This document shows, in pieces, positions 8,212 to 19,034 of a stretch of DNA of 64,000 nt; position 1 is the first letter of the stretch, and each line of letters begins with the position of its first letter. The notes below the pieces were generated by a model. The model worked only from the letters and a program-made list of their open reading frames with translations, made no database searches and was not told where the DNA came from. A program made the translations under genes and the position numbers. Source of the stretch: Candidatus Latescibacterota bacterium (GTDB lineage Bacteria > Latescibacterota > UBA2968); assembly GCA_965207885.1 (NCBI GenBank), contig OZ242311.1, forward strand, positions 3,424,001 to 3,488,000, read 5' to 3'.

Positions 8212-11049
8212 ATGAAACAAACCCACTCACTCGATGGAACCTGGCAAGTTATTTACGATCACGACAACAAGGGCCGCACGCTCAACTTACAGCACCGCGA
8301 AAATTTCTATGCCTACGCAGACTTAGAGCAAGTAACCGTTCCCGCATGTCTCGAAGAATTCAAACAAGATTATGAAGGCGTCGCCTGGTACGGCAAAACG
8401 TTTACCCGTTCCCCTGACTGGCAAAACAAAACCATCCGCCTCCATTTTGAAGCAGTCAACTACCGCGCGGAAATCTGGGTCAATGGAGAAGCCGCTGGCG
8501 CGCACGAAGGCGGATACATCGGCTTTGAACTCCTGATAGACGACCTCTTAACCGAAGGCGAAAACTTCATCGCCGTTCGCGTCATCACGCCCCTTATCCT
8601 CCAAGACGTAGTCATTGATGGCATAGGCCGCGATGACATGCCCCACTGGCGCGGCGCAATCGCCGGTGGTATATGGCAATCGGTTTCCCTCATCGCTACG
8701 GGTCCTGTGTACGTTGAGGACACATTCGTTACATCCGACATCCACACAGGCGAAGTCAACATCGCCAGCACATTTCAAAATCGCGGTTTGAGAATACAAT
8801 CCGCAACCATCATCTGGTCAATAACAGAATACAAAAGCAACGCACAGGTCGCCTCCGGTGAAAAAACGCTCAACCTGAATCCCGGCACAAGTCACCACGA
8901 AGAAATATTCACTATCCCAAACCACAAACTCTGGCAACTCGACGATCCCTATCTCTACGTCGTCACCACCACAGTCGCCCTTGAGGGCGAAACCTCAGAT
9001 ATTGAGCAAACGCGCTTCGGCTTCCGAAAATTTACAGCCAAAGGCAAAAACTTCTACTTAAACGGCGAAAAAACCATCCTCAAAACCACCTTCAACGAAG
9101 CCTTCTATCCACACTCTCTCGCATACCCACGCGACCTCAGTCTTTTAAAAAGAGAATTCGAACTCATCAAAGACGGCAACATCAACATGATTCGCCCGTG
9201 GCGCAAACCCCAACCGCCAATCGTATATGACCTTGCAGACGAAATGGGCGTCCTATTTGTGGGCGCACTCCCCGTCGAATGCATGGACAACTGGCCCCAG
9301 ATCACCCCATATACCCAACAACGCATCGAAAACGAAGCTACGGAAATGGTCAAACGCGATCGCAACCACCCCTCCATCGTCATCTGGGAAATGTTTAATG
9401 AAATCATGCGCGACGGACTAAAACGCCTCAAACACAGCGTATCCTTAAAAGCGCGTGAATGCGATCACACCCGCATGATCATCGATGAAGCAGGCGGATT
9501 TGCCGATGGATGCAGCATTTACCTTCCCGGATCCTACGAACCCATTGTCATCAACGATGTACACAACTATCCCGGCACACCCTTTGCCCAAAGAAGTTAC
9601 GACAATTTGCTCGCACTGGGCAAAACCGAGGCGCAACTAAAAGAAATGGGATTGGAAATCGCCCAATTTACCAACAGCAAAATCAAACCCGACTTGCTCA
9701 CCAATATCTCAGAACTCGGGTATGGCAGTATTCCCGACCTCGAAGCAAATTTTGAACAATACAAAACAGAAGGCAATCCCATCACACCGGATTACCGCAT
9801 GCACGAACGCCTCCTCAATTCGTACCTCTCGGTCTTTCGCGAAACAGGAACAGATCAAATCTTTCCCAACTTCCACACCTTTGTACAGGCCTGCCAGGAA
9901 ATCCACGCCACTGGCAACAAGCTCATGACCGAAGCCTGCCGCATCAATCCCGACATCGCGGGTATCGGCATCCACGCGCTCAACGACGGCGACTGGGTCA
10001 TCGGGGCTGGCTTAATCGACAATTTCCGCAATCCCAAAAAACCTTATTACGCCATCCAAGAAGTATTTGCTGACCGTTATATCGCCATTCGCCCCGGCAA
10101 ACAAAATGTCTATGCAGGTGAAACCGTTCAAATCCAGCTCACCACCGTCAATGACAAAAACGATATATCTGGCACACTCTCCCTTCGCGTTACAACAAAC
10201 GACGGACAGAATCTTCTCGACATAAACGAACAAATAACAATACCTACAGGCATCACAGACCTGACGACTTACGAAGTCAACACCGGTGGCGTCGAAGGTC
10301 TGTGCCATATCGAGTTGACGTTTGAATCTTCGGATGCACACACCATCAAAAATCAATCCAGTATCTACGTCCTGGACAAAAAAAAATCCACCGTTCCAGA
10401 TGTACCCATAGCGATAATTGACCTCAATAGCGCACTCGGCAGATACCTTTCCAAAACCACCGCCTTCTCCACCCATACCCCAACAGACCAGGTCGCACTC
10501 GTTAATCTCCAGGGCTGGAACGGCAAACCCGATACCCGCTTCGCCGATCTCGCCACCTGGGTTAAAAACGGCGGCACAGCACTCTTCCTCAACCTGCCCG
10601 CTATGCACCTTCTCCAAATGGCGCCAGGAAAAAGCCGCATGTCTCGCCACATCGACAAAGACATTTTCTTCCCATTCCCACTATCTCTCTACTCCGGCAA
10701 GGGGTTATGGACGCCTTGCAGTCATGTTGTCAAAGACCATCTCTTCTACGATGGCTTGCCCTCAAATTGCCTGATGGGACAGGAATATCAAAACATCTCC
10801 TCTCAGTGGTCCATTGTAGAACCCAAAACCGACTGGATATGCGGCAACATCACCTACGACTGGTATGCGGGCCTCAAGCACAAACAAAACTACATCGGCG
10901 TCACAGAAGCCTTTCACGGCGCTGACCTCACACAAATCGCTCACGGCAATGGCAAATACATCCTTTGCACTCATCGCATTGTCGAAAACCTGGGCACAGA
11001 CCCGGTAGCGGATCGTTTACTGAGCAACATGCTCAAGACCCTCCTGTAA
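8212..11049 (+). CDS. Glycoside hydrolase family 2
   Basis: SLDGTW, LHFEAVNY, FGFRKF, RDRNHPSIVIWEMFNE acid/base, ISELGYG nucleophile. Confidence 0.9.
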   Translation: MKQTHSLDGTWQVIYDHDNKGRTLNLQHRENFYAYADLEQVTVPACLEEFKQDYEGVAWYGKTFTRSPDWQNKTIRLHFEAVNYRAEIWVNGEAAGAHEGGYIGFELLIDDLLTEGENFIAVRVITPLILQDVVIDGIGRDDMPHWRGAIAGGIWQSVSLIATGPVYVEDTFVTSDIHTGEVNIASTFQNRGLRIQSATIIWSITEYKSNAQVASGEKTLNLNPGTSHHEEIFTIPNHKLWQLDDPYLYVVTTTVALEGETSDIEQTRFGFRKFTAKGKNFYLNGEKTILKTTFNEAFYPHSLAYPRDLSLLKREFELIKDGNINMIRPWRKPQPPIVYDLADEMGVLFVGALPVECMDNWPQITPYTQQRIENEATEMVKRDRNHPSIVIWEMFNEIMRDGLKRLKHSVSLKARECDHTRMIIDEAGGFADGCSIYLPGSYEPIVINDVHNYPGTPFAQRSYDNLLALGKTEAQLKEMGLEIAQFTNSKIKPDLLTNISELGYGSIPDLEANFEQYKTEGNPITPDYRMHERLLNSYLSVFRETGTDQIFPNFHTFVQACQEIHATGNKLMTEACRINPDIAGIGIHALNDGDWVIGAGLIDNFRNPKKPYYAIQEVFADRYIAIRPGKQNVYAGETVQIQLTTVNDKNDISGTLSLRVTTNDGQNLLDINEQITIPTGITDLTTYEVNTGGVEGLCHIELTFESSDAHTIKNQSSIYVLDKKKSTVPDVPIAIIDLNSALGRYLSKTTAFSTHTPTDQVALVNLQGWNGKPDTRFADLATWVKNGGTALFLNLPAMHLLQMAPGKSRMSRHIDKDIFFPFPLSLYSGKGLWTPCSHVVKDHLFYDGLPSNCLMGQEYQNISSQWSIVEPKTDWICGNITYDWYAGLKHKQNYIGVTEAFHGADLTQIAHGNGKYILCTHRIVENLGTDPVADRLLSNMLKTLL

Positions 11050-11068
11050 CCAAATGAAAGGAATTCCC

Positions 11069-12499
11069 ATGAGTAATGAGAAACGCCCAAATATTCTGTT
11101 CGTATTTTCTGATCAGCAGCGTTATAGCGCGCTGGGTGCGAATGGCAATGACATAATCCAAACGCCTGTTTTGGATGCGATGGCAGCTGAAGGAATGGCA
11201 TGTGACAATATGTTTTCCAACCACCCGCTGTGTTCGCCTTATCGAGCGATTTTGTTAACCGGTCGGTATGGTTGGCAAAATTTGGTGATTGATAATGAGT
11301 ACAGTCCGCGACGAGATATCCCAACCTTGCCAGGCACTTTGCGCGAGCATGGGTATGGCACTGCGCACGTGGGTACATGGCACCTGGGTAAAGGGCCGTA
11401 CGGCGACGACAATCGGTACGGGCTGGATTATCTTGCGGCGCTGGCAGGCGGGAGAGGACGGGGAGCCTACTTCGACAGAACCTATTACGAAAACGATGAG
11501 GGTCCGAACTTTTACGGAGGCTGGGCTCCAACGAACGAAACGGATTTGGCTATTCAATTTATGGAAAAACACCTGGATGCTCGAACAGACGATCCATTTG
11601 CCGTCTTTGTGTCCTGGCGACCTCCTCACTGGCCATATATGCAGTATCCCGACGAATATAATATTTATGATCCTGCGGACATGGATGTGCCGGGTAATGT
11701 ACCAGACGAGATGAAAGCATGGGCGCATGAGGAACTCGCAGACTATTACGGGTGTTGTACAGGGCTTGACGCAGAGATGGGGCGATTGTTGGAAGCGCTG
11801 GATCGCTTAGGGGTCAAAAACAATACAATTGTCTGTTATACATCAGATCATGGAGATCATCTTTCAAGCCATGGGTATGGCAAACCCAGTAGTCGCTGGT
11901 TGGACGAGTCGATGCGGGCTTCAAAAGCAACACCTTATGAAGAATCTTGCCATGTGCCGTTTGTCGTGCGTTGGCCCGATGCTATTGAAGCTGGTACACG
12001 AACGGATGCCTTCTTTGGTGCGATTGATATTGTACCTACATTGCTCGGTGCTTGTGGCGTGCCGTTGCCAGAAGGTCTGCAAGGGCGAGATATTTCGAGC
12101 GTGTGGCATGGTGGTGAAGCACCTGCAGATACAGAGTTAACGCCTGGTGGATCGGAGTCTGTCTATTTGCAGAATATGGCACACGGTTGGCCCAATCGCG
12201 ACGGTTGGGTTGGGCGCTGGCGCGGTGTGCGTACCGAACGCTATACCTATGCGCGTTGGTTTGCTAATGAGCGAGGCCCCTGGCTGTTTGACCGGCAGGA
12301 AGATCCGCTCGAAATGGTTAACCTGGCGAATTCTGCTAAAGCGCGGCCAGCACTTCAAGAAATGGAAGAAAGATTGCATCGTTGGATGGAAGGTACAAAA
12401 GATCCATTTGAATACGGCAGGCGTGGCCCCCGTGGCTTTTTGGAATTGGGACAGGAGTTTGCGGATCCGGATAAGTATCCTGGCTGGGGCGTTGCATAA
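11069..12499 (+). CDS. Sulfatase
   Basis: RPNILFVFSDQ, CSPYRA, SDHGD. Confidence 0.92.
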   Translation: MSNEKRPNILFVFSDQQRYSALGANGNDIIQTPVLDAMAAEGMACDNMFSNHPLCSPYRAILLTGRYGWQNLVIDNEYSPRRDIPTLPGTLREHGYGTAHVGTWHLGKGPYGDDNRYGLDYLAALAGGRGRGAYFDRTYYENDEGPNFYGGWAPTNETDLAIQFMEKHLDARTDDPFAVFVSWRPPHWPYMQYPDEYNIYDPADMDVPGNVPDEMKAWAHEELADYYGCCTGLDAEMGRLLEALDRLGVKNNTIVCYTSDHGDHLSSHGYGKPSSRWLDESMRASKATPYEESCHVPFVVRWPDAIEAGTRTDAFFGAIDIVPTLLGACGVPLPEGLQGRDISSVWHGGEAPADTELTPGGSESVYLQNMAHGWPNRDGWVGRWRGVRTERYTYARWFANERGPWLFDRQEDPLEMVNLANSAKARPALQEMEERLHRWMEGTKDPFEYGRRGPRGFLELGQEFADPDKYPGWGVA

Positions 12500-12526
12500 T
12501 TGACAAATGGAAGAAAGGAATCATAA

Positions 12527-13693
12527 ATGCGAATAGAACAAATCGACGCCTATGTCGTCAAATTACCCCGTCCCAATATCGCTGAAAATATTCCCGATTA
12601 TGCGCGTTCTCGCAAATCGCTCTCCTACGACACAGCACCTCCCATTGACGACATGGCAGCTGCGCGTTATGCCGAAGCGCTCTTTGTCAAAATCACCGCC
12701 GACAATGGCCTTGTCGGATGGGGCGAAGGCCAATCCCTGCTCGTTCCCGAAGCCACCAAAGCAGTCGTAGATCGCCTGTTTGCCCCCATTCTCATCGGCG
12801 AAAATCCACTCGCCCGCGAAAAGCTCTACGACATGACCTATGGCACCATGCGCGGTCGAGGTTACCGCTCGGGTTATCTCGCGGCCGCCCTTGCGGGCAT
12901 CAACAATGCCCTCTGGGATCTATCGGGCAAAGCCCTCGACGTACCCTGCTACGTCCTCCTCGGTGGCCCCTACCGCGACAAGGTGCGTGTCTACAACAAT
13001 ATACATGGTCCCACACCCGAAGTCGGTGTTGAGCAAGCCCTCAAAGCCGTTGAAATGGGTTACGACGCAGTCAAATATCACCTCAATCGGCCCTTGAAAA
13101 ATGCCGTTGCCGTCGTAGAAGCCACACGCGAAGCCGTTGGGCCCGATGTCGAAATCCTCGTCGATCTCACCTGGCACTACGACGTACCCGGTGCAATTGC
13201 CCTGGGGAAAGAACTCGAAAAATTCGACGTCTTCTGGCTCGAATCGCCCGTGCCCAGCGAAGACCTCCGCCGCCATGCCGAAGTACCACGCGACCTCACC
13301 CTGCCCATCTGCATCGGCCAGGAATATTACAACGCCTATCAATTCCGCGCTGTTCTGGAAGCACATGCCGCCGACATACTTCTGCCCGACCTCGCGCGAA
13401 CAGGCATCACGGGCAGCCAGCGCATCGCCCACCTCGCCGAAACCTTCGACATCCCACTCGCTCCAGCAGTTGGCGCAGGCAACGTCCTTTCAACCGCTGC
13501 GCAACTCCAGCTCTCGGCAGGCATCCTCAACTTTGTCATCATGGAACACTTCGACCAGAGCTTCCAGCTAAAAAGCGATCAAATCCTAAAACACTCCCTC
13601 ACCCGAAATGGCAGCTATCTCGAACTGCCCGACTGCCCGGGATTGGGCATTGAAATCGATGAAGAAAAATTGATGCAGTACGCAGTGAAATAA
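12527..13693 (+). CDS. Mandelate racemase/enolase superfamily, atypical catalytic residues
   Basis: GWGEG, NNALWDL, KYH, VDLTW/LESP/GQE, PGLGIE. Confidence 0.9.
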   Translation: MRIEQIDAYVVKLPRPNIAENIPDYARSRKSLSYDTAPPIDDMAAARYAEALFVKITADNGLVGWGEGQSLLVPEATKAVVDRLFAPILIGENPLAREKLYDMTYGTMRGRGYRSGYLAAALAGINNALWDLSGKALDVPCYVLLGGPYRDKVRVYNNIHGPTPEVGVEQALKAVEMGYDAVKYHLNRPLKNAVAVVEATREAVGPDVEILVDLTWHYDVPGAIALGKELEKFDVFWLESPVPSEDLRRHAEVPRDLTLPICIGQEYYNAYQFRAVLEAHAADILLPDLARTGITGSQRIAHLAETFDIPLAPAVGAGNVLSTAAQLQLSAGILNFVIMEHFDQSFQLKSDQILKHSLTRNGSYLELPDCPGLGIEIDEEKLMQYAVK

Positions 13694-14475
13694 CACAGGA
13701 GCAAAAATGCCCAAAAATCTCGATTATAAAAAAATCATGATCGATCTCGATGAAGTGGGTTTCCACATCATTCCTTCGGTCATCCCAGAAAAAAAAGCAG
13801 ATAAAGCACGCGGTATTCTTGAGCAACTCCTCAAAGAAGAAGCCACCGAGCAATCGCTTGCAGCCAAAACGCAGCGCGTAGGGCGCATCGCCGTCAAGCA
13901 CCCCATCTTCCTCGAACTCATGTCCCACCCGACCATCGTAGCCCTGTGGCGCAAATACCTCGGCGACGACATGGTCTGCTCCACCTGGTCTGGCAATACA
14001 GTCTATCCGGGCGCAGACAGTTTTGGCTGGCATTCAGACTACCCTTATTGGTCTGTGCAACCGCCCTGGCCCCCCGGCCGTCTCGCAGGTCAAACCATCT
14101 GGCTTCTGAACGATCTCACCGAAGAAAACGGCGCAACCGCCATGCTGCCCCAAAGCCACCTCAAAGGCGAACCGCCACCGCCAGAACTCAAAAGCCAATG
14201 GATCGACGGCGGTAAAATCCTCACCGGCAAACGCGGAAGCGCCATTGTCATGCACGGTGCCTGCTGGCATACAGCTCGCCCAAACCAAACCGACGAAATT
14301 CGATCTGTTCTCCTCGGCATGTATATGCGCCCCTGGTTCATCCCACAAGAAGACATGCGCGGCCAACTGGCAGAGTTAGAAAACCCTTCGGACTTAGTAC
14401 GCCACCTTATGTGCGCCAATCAACGGACGCCAAGTAATGTTGGCGCAAATCAATATGCAGCGAAATAACACAGGA
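13676..14475 (+). repeat. 25-bp imperfect direct repeat (13676-13700 and 14451-14475) bracketing the PhyH gene
   Basis: CAGTACGCAGTGAAATAACACAGGA vs CAATATGCAGCGAAATAACACAGGA, 22/25 identical. Confidence 0.75.
13707..14468 (+). CDS. PhyH family Fe/2OG dioxygenase
   Basis: WHSDYP (HxD), ENGAT...PQSH, CWHTA...N...R. Confidence 0.9.
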   Translation: MPKNLDYKKIMIDLDEVGFHIIPSVIPEKKADKARGILEQLLKEEATEQSLAAKTQRVGRIAVKHPIFLELMSHPTIVALWRKYLGDDMVCSTWSGNTVYPGADSFGWHSDYPYWSVQPPWPPGRLAGQTIWLLNDLTEENGATAMLPQSHLKGEPPPPELKSQWIDGGKILTGKRGSAIVMHGACWHTARPNQTDEIRSVLLGMYMRPWFIPQEDMRGQLAELENPSDLVRHLMCANQRTPSNVGANQYAAK

Positions 14476-14485
14476 AAAATTGGAT

Positions 14486-16110
14486 ATGACTGAGGGACAA
14501 GAAGTTGCCAGCAATACAGGAGCGGTTGCAGCCGGACCTCCAGAGGCGGCAAGAGTTGGTGCGAGAATACTCGAACAGGGCGGCAACGCCTTTGATGCAG
14601 CGGTGGCGACCAGTATGGCATGCTGCATGTTACAGCCACAATCTACGGGTGTGGGCGGTTATGTCCTGTGTGCCGTGATCCTGGAAGGCACCACGGGCAA
14701 AGTCTGGTCGATAGACGCCAATTCAATTTCGCCCAAAGCGGCTCACGAACACATGTACACCATCCTGCCAACGCGTACCCCGGAGGCATCAATGAAAAAG
14801 AATACAACTGCAGCGTAAAGGACAATGCCAACGTCCATGGTCCTCTCGCCATTGGTCCCCCGGGTATGATGGCAGGCATGGGCACCATTTGGGAAAAGTG
14901 GGGAAAACTCAAATGGTCCGATGTGGTAGCACCATCGCTGAAGCTACTCGAAGATGGCTTTCCCTTTGGTTCTACTGCAGGTGCGATCAAAAATCTCCAG
15001 AACGTGATCCGCAGATTTGAAGCAACAGAAAAACACCTGATGCCCGAAGGACGTGTCCCGACACCAGATGATATCTGGCACCGTCGCGATATGGAAAAAA
15101 CCCTTGCAAGAATTTCAGAAGCCGGATGGCAGGATTTCTACACGGGGGAAATCGGCAACAAAATAGTGGATCACGTTCAAGCCACTGGCGGTATTTTGAC
15201 AATGGAAGACATGGCTGCCTTCAAACCAGGCGTGACCGAACCATATACCACGACCTACCGCGAGGCATCCGTGCATGGTGCAATTTTGCCCAACGGCGGA
15301 TTGTCCAGCTTGCAACTGCTCAACATGTGGGAATGCTTCGATCCCCTACCGGAAGACACGGTCGAGTACTGGCACCGACTCGCCGAGCTTCTCAAGCTGG
15401 TCTGGCGGGATCGCCTTCTACATCTCGCGGATCCAAACCATGTGGATGTGCCGATCGAGCGACTCCTGAGCAAAGATTATGCAGCCGGTCGCGTGGAAAC
15501 ACTGCGCCAGTTTCCCCATGCGGTAGATCAGCTTGTGCCACCGCCAATGGGTGATTCAAATGATGGTACGCTCCACGTCTCTTCCGCAGATGCCGAAGGA
15601 AATGTGGCGGCCGTAACAATTTCTCAAGGCGGCGCTTTCGGCTCCCTTGTTACGGTACCCGATACAGGCATCATTCTGGGACATGGAATGTGCAGATTAG
15701 ATCCCAGACCCGGTCGCAAAAATTCCGTGGCTTCGCTCAAGAGACCGCTGAACAACACAGTTCCGCTCATCATTCAGCTTCCAGATCGGGATGTGGCGAT
15801 TGGAATGCCAGGCGGCAGGCGTATCATCTCTGTGAACGCGCGTGCGGCCCAAAAAATCGTCGATTACGGCGCAACATCCTTCGAGGCCGTCAGTGGTCCA
15901 AGGATGCATGTACAAACCCACGAGCCGGTAAGTGCGACCCGCACCTTGCCCGATGATATTGTGAATGGATTGATCGAAATGGGCCACGAAATCACATCTG
16001 TCAACAGTCTGGGTGGGGGGATCCACTGCGCGGAGTTTCTAAAAGCAGAAGGAACCGTTCGGGCAGGTGGCAATACATGGTCTGCAGGAAGTGATATAAA
16101 TCCAATCTAA
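14486..16110 (+). pseudogene. ggt: Gamma-glutamyltransferase family, split by a 1-bp frameshift near 14778-14781
   Basis: 5' ORF has GGNAFDAAVA...STGVGG. The 3' frame has PPGMMAG, FYTGEIG, the GTLHVS Thr nucleophile and GMPGG. Adding one C to the C4 run joins them. Confidence 0.85.
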
Positions 16111-16271
16111 TTTCGCCTTCGTCGATTATTTCTCCTTTGAGCTGAATCGTTTAATTTGTGACTCTAAGTGCTTTAAGACTTTGGATTTGTTCTGCACTCA
16201 TCATAGACTCTATGAGATGATATGTTAATGCTTCTACCACTACTCTGCGGCCCTCACCCTGGCCAGCCAGA

Positions 16272-16400
16272 TCAGCATAGTCCGTTACAAGATGATCTAC
16301 TGGCAGCGTAATCAGGCAGTGACGCTTTCAAAGTAATTGGGCTAAAAATGCAAAATAAAGCGAAGACTGCACCCAAAGCCCATTGCGTGTATCTGGTCAT
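16272..16400 (-). pseudogene. Truncated 42-aa signal-peptide ORF translationally coupled to the upstream gene
   Basis: ATGA overlap with the stop at 16397. Sequence MTRYTQWALGAVFALFCIFSPITLKA-SLPDY... Confidence 0.4.
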
Positions 16401-18991
16401 CTTTTCTCTATCCTATAAGAATAGCCCACCTCGCCATTTGTCCGTCCAGCAGCTTCATCTCCTGGCAGATAAGCTCTAATGTATTCCACCACAACATCAT
16501 CTGGAGAAACAGTTACACGCAAATGCCCAGAATTTCCCAAGACAGTACCACTCAAATACCCCCCTTCAACAGCTATCTTGTCACCATTCCGATAATTTGT
16601 ATTACTGGGTTGTGGCAACACCTGATACACCACCCCATCTAACTCCTGCTTCACAAACACATGGTCATGACCGTGAAAAAAAGCCGACACATTGTTCTCT
16701 ACCATCAGTTGATGAATCGGCTTGTACCATCCCGCGCGTTTTGTGTCAAACCCCCAACTGTCATCTCTATTCTTTCCGCCCCATTCGTAATACGGAGCCA
16801 TCTCAATACCGCCACGTCCTTCTCCTGTATGAATACCCCCCACCAGTTGATGTGAAAATATAAACTTAAAGGTAGCATCACTCGCCTCCAGCACCTGTCG
16901 CAGCCACTGATATTGCTTTGCGCCAAGGGTCCAGCGCCAGTTATCCGATACGCCGCCTCGTTTGGGCTTTGTCGCCGTGTACCAATAAGGATCAATCACA
17001 ACAAACAGCGCATCTCCCCACGACCACGAATAATAACTCTCTCTCACACCAACAAACGGCTCTTCATCGGAATCCCCGGAATAGAACACATCTGGCACGG
17101 GATTCGTATAATATTTTTTACGCGCCAATGTAGCCCAAACAGCCACATTGTTCGGCGTACCATTCAATGACCACCCCTCTTCCCCATCGTGGTTGCCATT
17201 GACGAGAAACAGCGGAATAGAATGCGTAATCTTCCCAAAATTTCCGCGCTCATACAAATACCGACGCTCAACGGTTGCGTAATCGGGTGCAGGTCTTACA
17301 GTCGCCGTAAGTGGTTCTGAGTGTTTGTTGCACATAAATGTATCACCGAGATCAATGAGAAAATCGGACTGATATGCTGCGACATTTTCCAGCGAGCGAT
17401 GGTAGAGTTCCAGGCTGGATCGACCATCTAAATGTGCGCAGGCCTGAATTGAAAAAGTGAATGTTGTACCCGGTGGACGATATGTGTGAAACGTATATTC
17501 GCCCCGCCTTTTGAACTCTGTCTCTCCTGCGCGCCGGTAGCGCGTTCGATAATAATACCGCGTGTCAGAAAGCAACCCCTCCATCGCAATTTCAATCGGT
17601 GTATCTCGTGATCCCATCACCACGGATGTCTGATTTGTGTAAACACCTGATTCTGTTCCGTATTCCAGATAAATTTCCAGATCTGCTGATGGAACCAAAT
17701 TGACAGTCACGGATCTGTCGGTTGGCCGTCCCAACAACTCGGACGCAATAAACAAAGAATCGGAATCCGTATCGGGTGGATCGGTTACAGTTTGGGGGCC
17801 TGAATCATTAGACCCACCGCTCTGGCCTGACGTTCCCGCATCACCTTCTACTGCAACACTCCCATTGGAGCGGTAAGTTTGTCGCGTGATATTGCCGCTG
17901 GCATCTGTAAATTGAAAATCATAATCCCCATCTGGTCTCAGAAAATAGGCAATCGCATATGTTCCACCGTTTGCCTCATATGTAAGCCGATACCAATCAT
18001 CTGTCCCCTTCACAAAATCTGTGATATTTGCCCGCATCCCCCTTCCAGAAGGGCGAACGGGCCTTGTACGGGGTTGATTTGCGACTTCTTCTCCCCTAAA
18101 AAGTTCAATAACGCCCTTAAATCCACCATTGACATAGGGATAATCCAGCGTGCTGTGATAGTGATAATTTCCATTTGCATCAAAATGTCCGTTCAAATCG
18201 TCCAGATCTTTCGCCGGGGTACCATCGGGTTCATTGATTCCATACATCGGGTATCCATCCAGGGCATAAGCAATAGGTACGGCATCGCCCACTTTTTCTG
18301 TAAGAAACAACGGCGCGATATGGTAGTGATAGTCGTCCGCACGACCAGCATGCCCCCCAAATTCATCTAATTCCCCAGCCAAATACGTGTCGGTGCGGCC
18401 ATTCTGTTTGATGGGATTAAAAATGGGCACGCCGTTAATCGCCAGACCAATAGCCCCTCGAAACAGCGTCTGGCTTGCATACACTGGCACATCTGCAACC
18501 GCGGGTTTCAATGGGATCTGCCAGGCATTATCGCCCTGATAAGGCTGCGGCAAAGGCACCTGCTGATTCCAGGCTGTAATCCCCACCATCATGCGGTGAT
18601 CGGGAAAAGCGTCGGACTCGATATATAAAAAATCATCATCCCACTGGATATTCAGCCGGTCTGCAAAATGCTGGAATGCTTGTGCGCTCACAGGGGCATC
18701 GCCCTGTGTACCACCAGAAGATCCAGACCCGGGCTGTCCAAATGCAGAGATAAACGCCAGAAAGTCGGGAAAATCCACCAAACCATTCTGATTTAAATCG
18801 AATTGTATCTGTTGCGAACCAAATGCAGCCGCAAACATGACAAAATCAACGAAGTCCGTTTCTCCATCGTCATTGAAATCTGTCACATCACTTTCATCAC
18901 TGTAGAGCATGTGCCCTTCCGCATAACTGGCACACAACACGCTTATCACGCAAAAAAACAATCCGAACATCCTCAATTGTCGCCTCATCAT
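16397..18991 (-). CDS. Secreted multidomain protein: EF-hand/dockerin-like + YHYH domain + FN3-like + purple-acid-phosphatase-like metallophosphoesterase
   Basis: Signal peptide, DFNDDGETDFVDF/DLNQNGLVDFPDF, DDYHYH and NYHYH, DLGD, GNHD, HGHDH. Confidence 0.85.
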   Translation of the reverse strand: MMRRQLRMFGLFFCVISVLCASYAEGHMLYSDESDVTDFNDDGETDFVDFVMFAAAFGSQQIQFDLNQNGLVDFPDFLAFISAFGQPGSGSSGGTQGDAPVSAQAFQHFADRLNIQWDDDFLYIESDAFPDHRMMVGITAWNQQVPLPQPYQGDNAWQIPLKPAVADVPVYASQTLFRGAIGLAINGVPIFNPIKQNGRTDTYLAGELDEFGGHAGRADDYHYHIAPLFLTEKVGDAVPIAYALDGYPMYGINEPDGTPAKDLDDLNGHFDANGNYHYHSTLDYPYVNGGFKGVIELFRGEEVANQPRTRPVRPSGRGMRANITDFVKGTDDWYRLTYEANGGTYAIAYFLRPDGDYDFQFTDASGNITRQTYRSNGSVAVEGDAGTSGQSGGSNDSGPQTVTDPPDTDSDSLFIASELLGRPTDRSVTVNLVPSADLEIYLEYGTESGVYTNQTSVVMGSRDTPIEIAMEGLLSDTRYYYRTRYRRAGETEFKRRGEYTFHTYRPPGTTFTFSIQACAHLDGRSSLELYHRSLENVAAYQSDFLIDLGDTFMCNKHSEPLTATVRPAPDYATVERRYLYERGNFGKITHSIPLFLVNGNHDGEEGWSLNGTPNNVAVWATLARKKYYTNPVPDVFYSGDSDEEPFVGVRESYYSWSWGDALFVVIDPYWYTATKPKRGGVSDNWRWTLGAKQYQWLRQVLEASDATFKFIFSHQLVGGIHTGEGRGGIEMAPYYEWGGKNRDDSWGFDTKRAGWYKPIHQLMVENNVSAFFHGHDHVFVKQELDGVVYQVLPQPSNTNYRNGDKIAVEGGYLSGTVLGNSGHLRVTVSPDDVVVEYIRAYLPGDEAAGRTNGEVGYSYRIEKR

Positions 18992-19034
18992 TTGCCACCT
19001 CCTGTAGCCTCCAATTTATCCCCGGCTTATAGGC

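Noticed and set aside
16327-16399. TGA stop of the YHYH fusion followed by an open frame and a second TGA (possible Sec read-through)
   Set aside because: The protein ends naturally, there is no Cys/redox context or SECIS-like stem, and the ATGA overlap explains the TGA.
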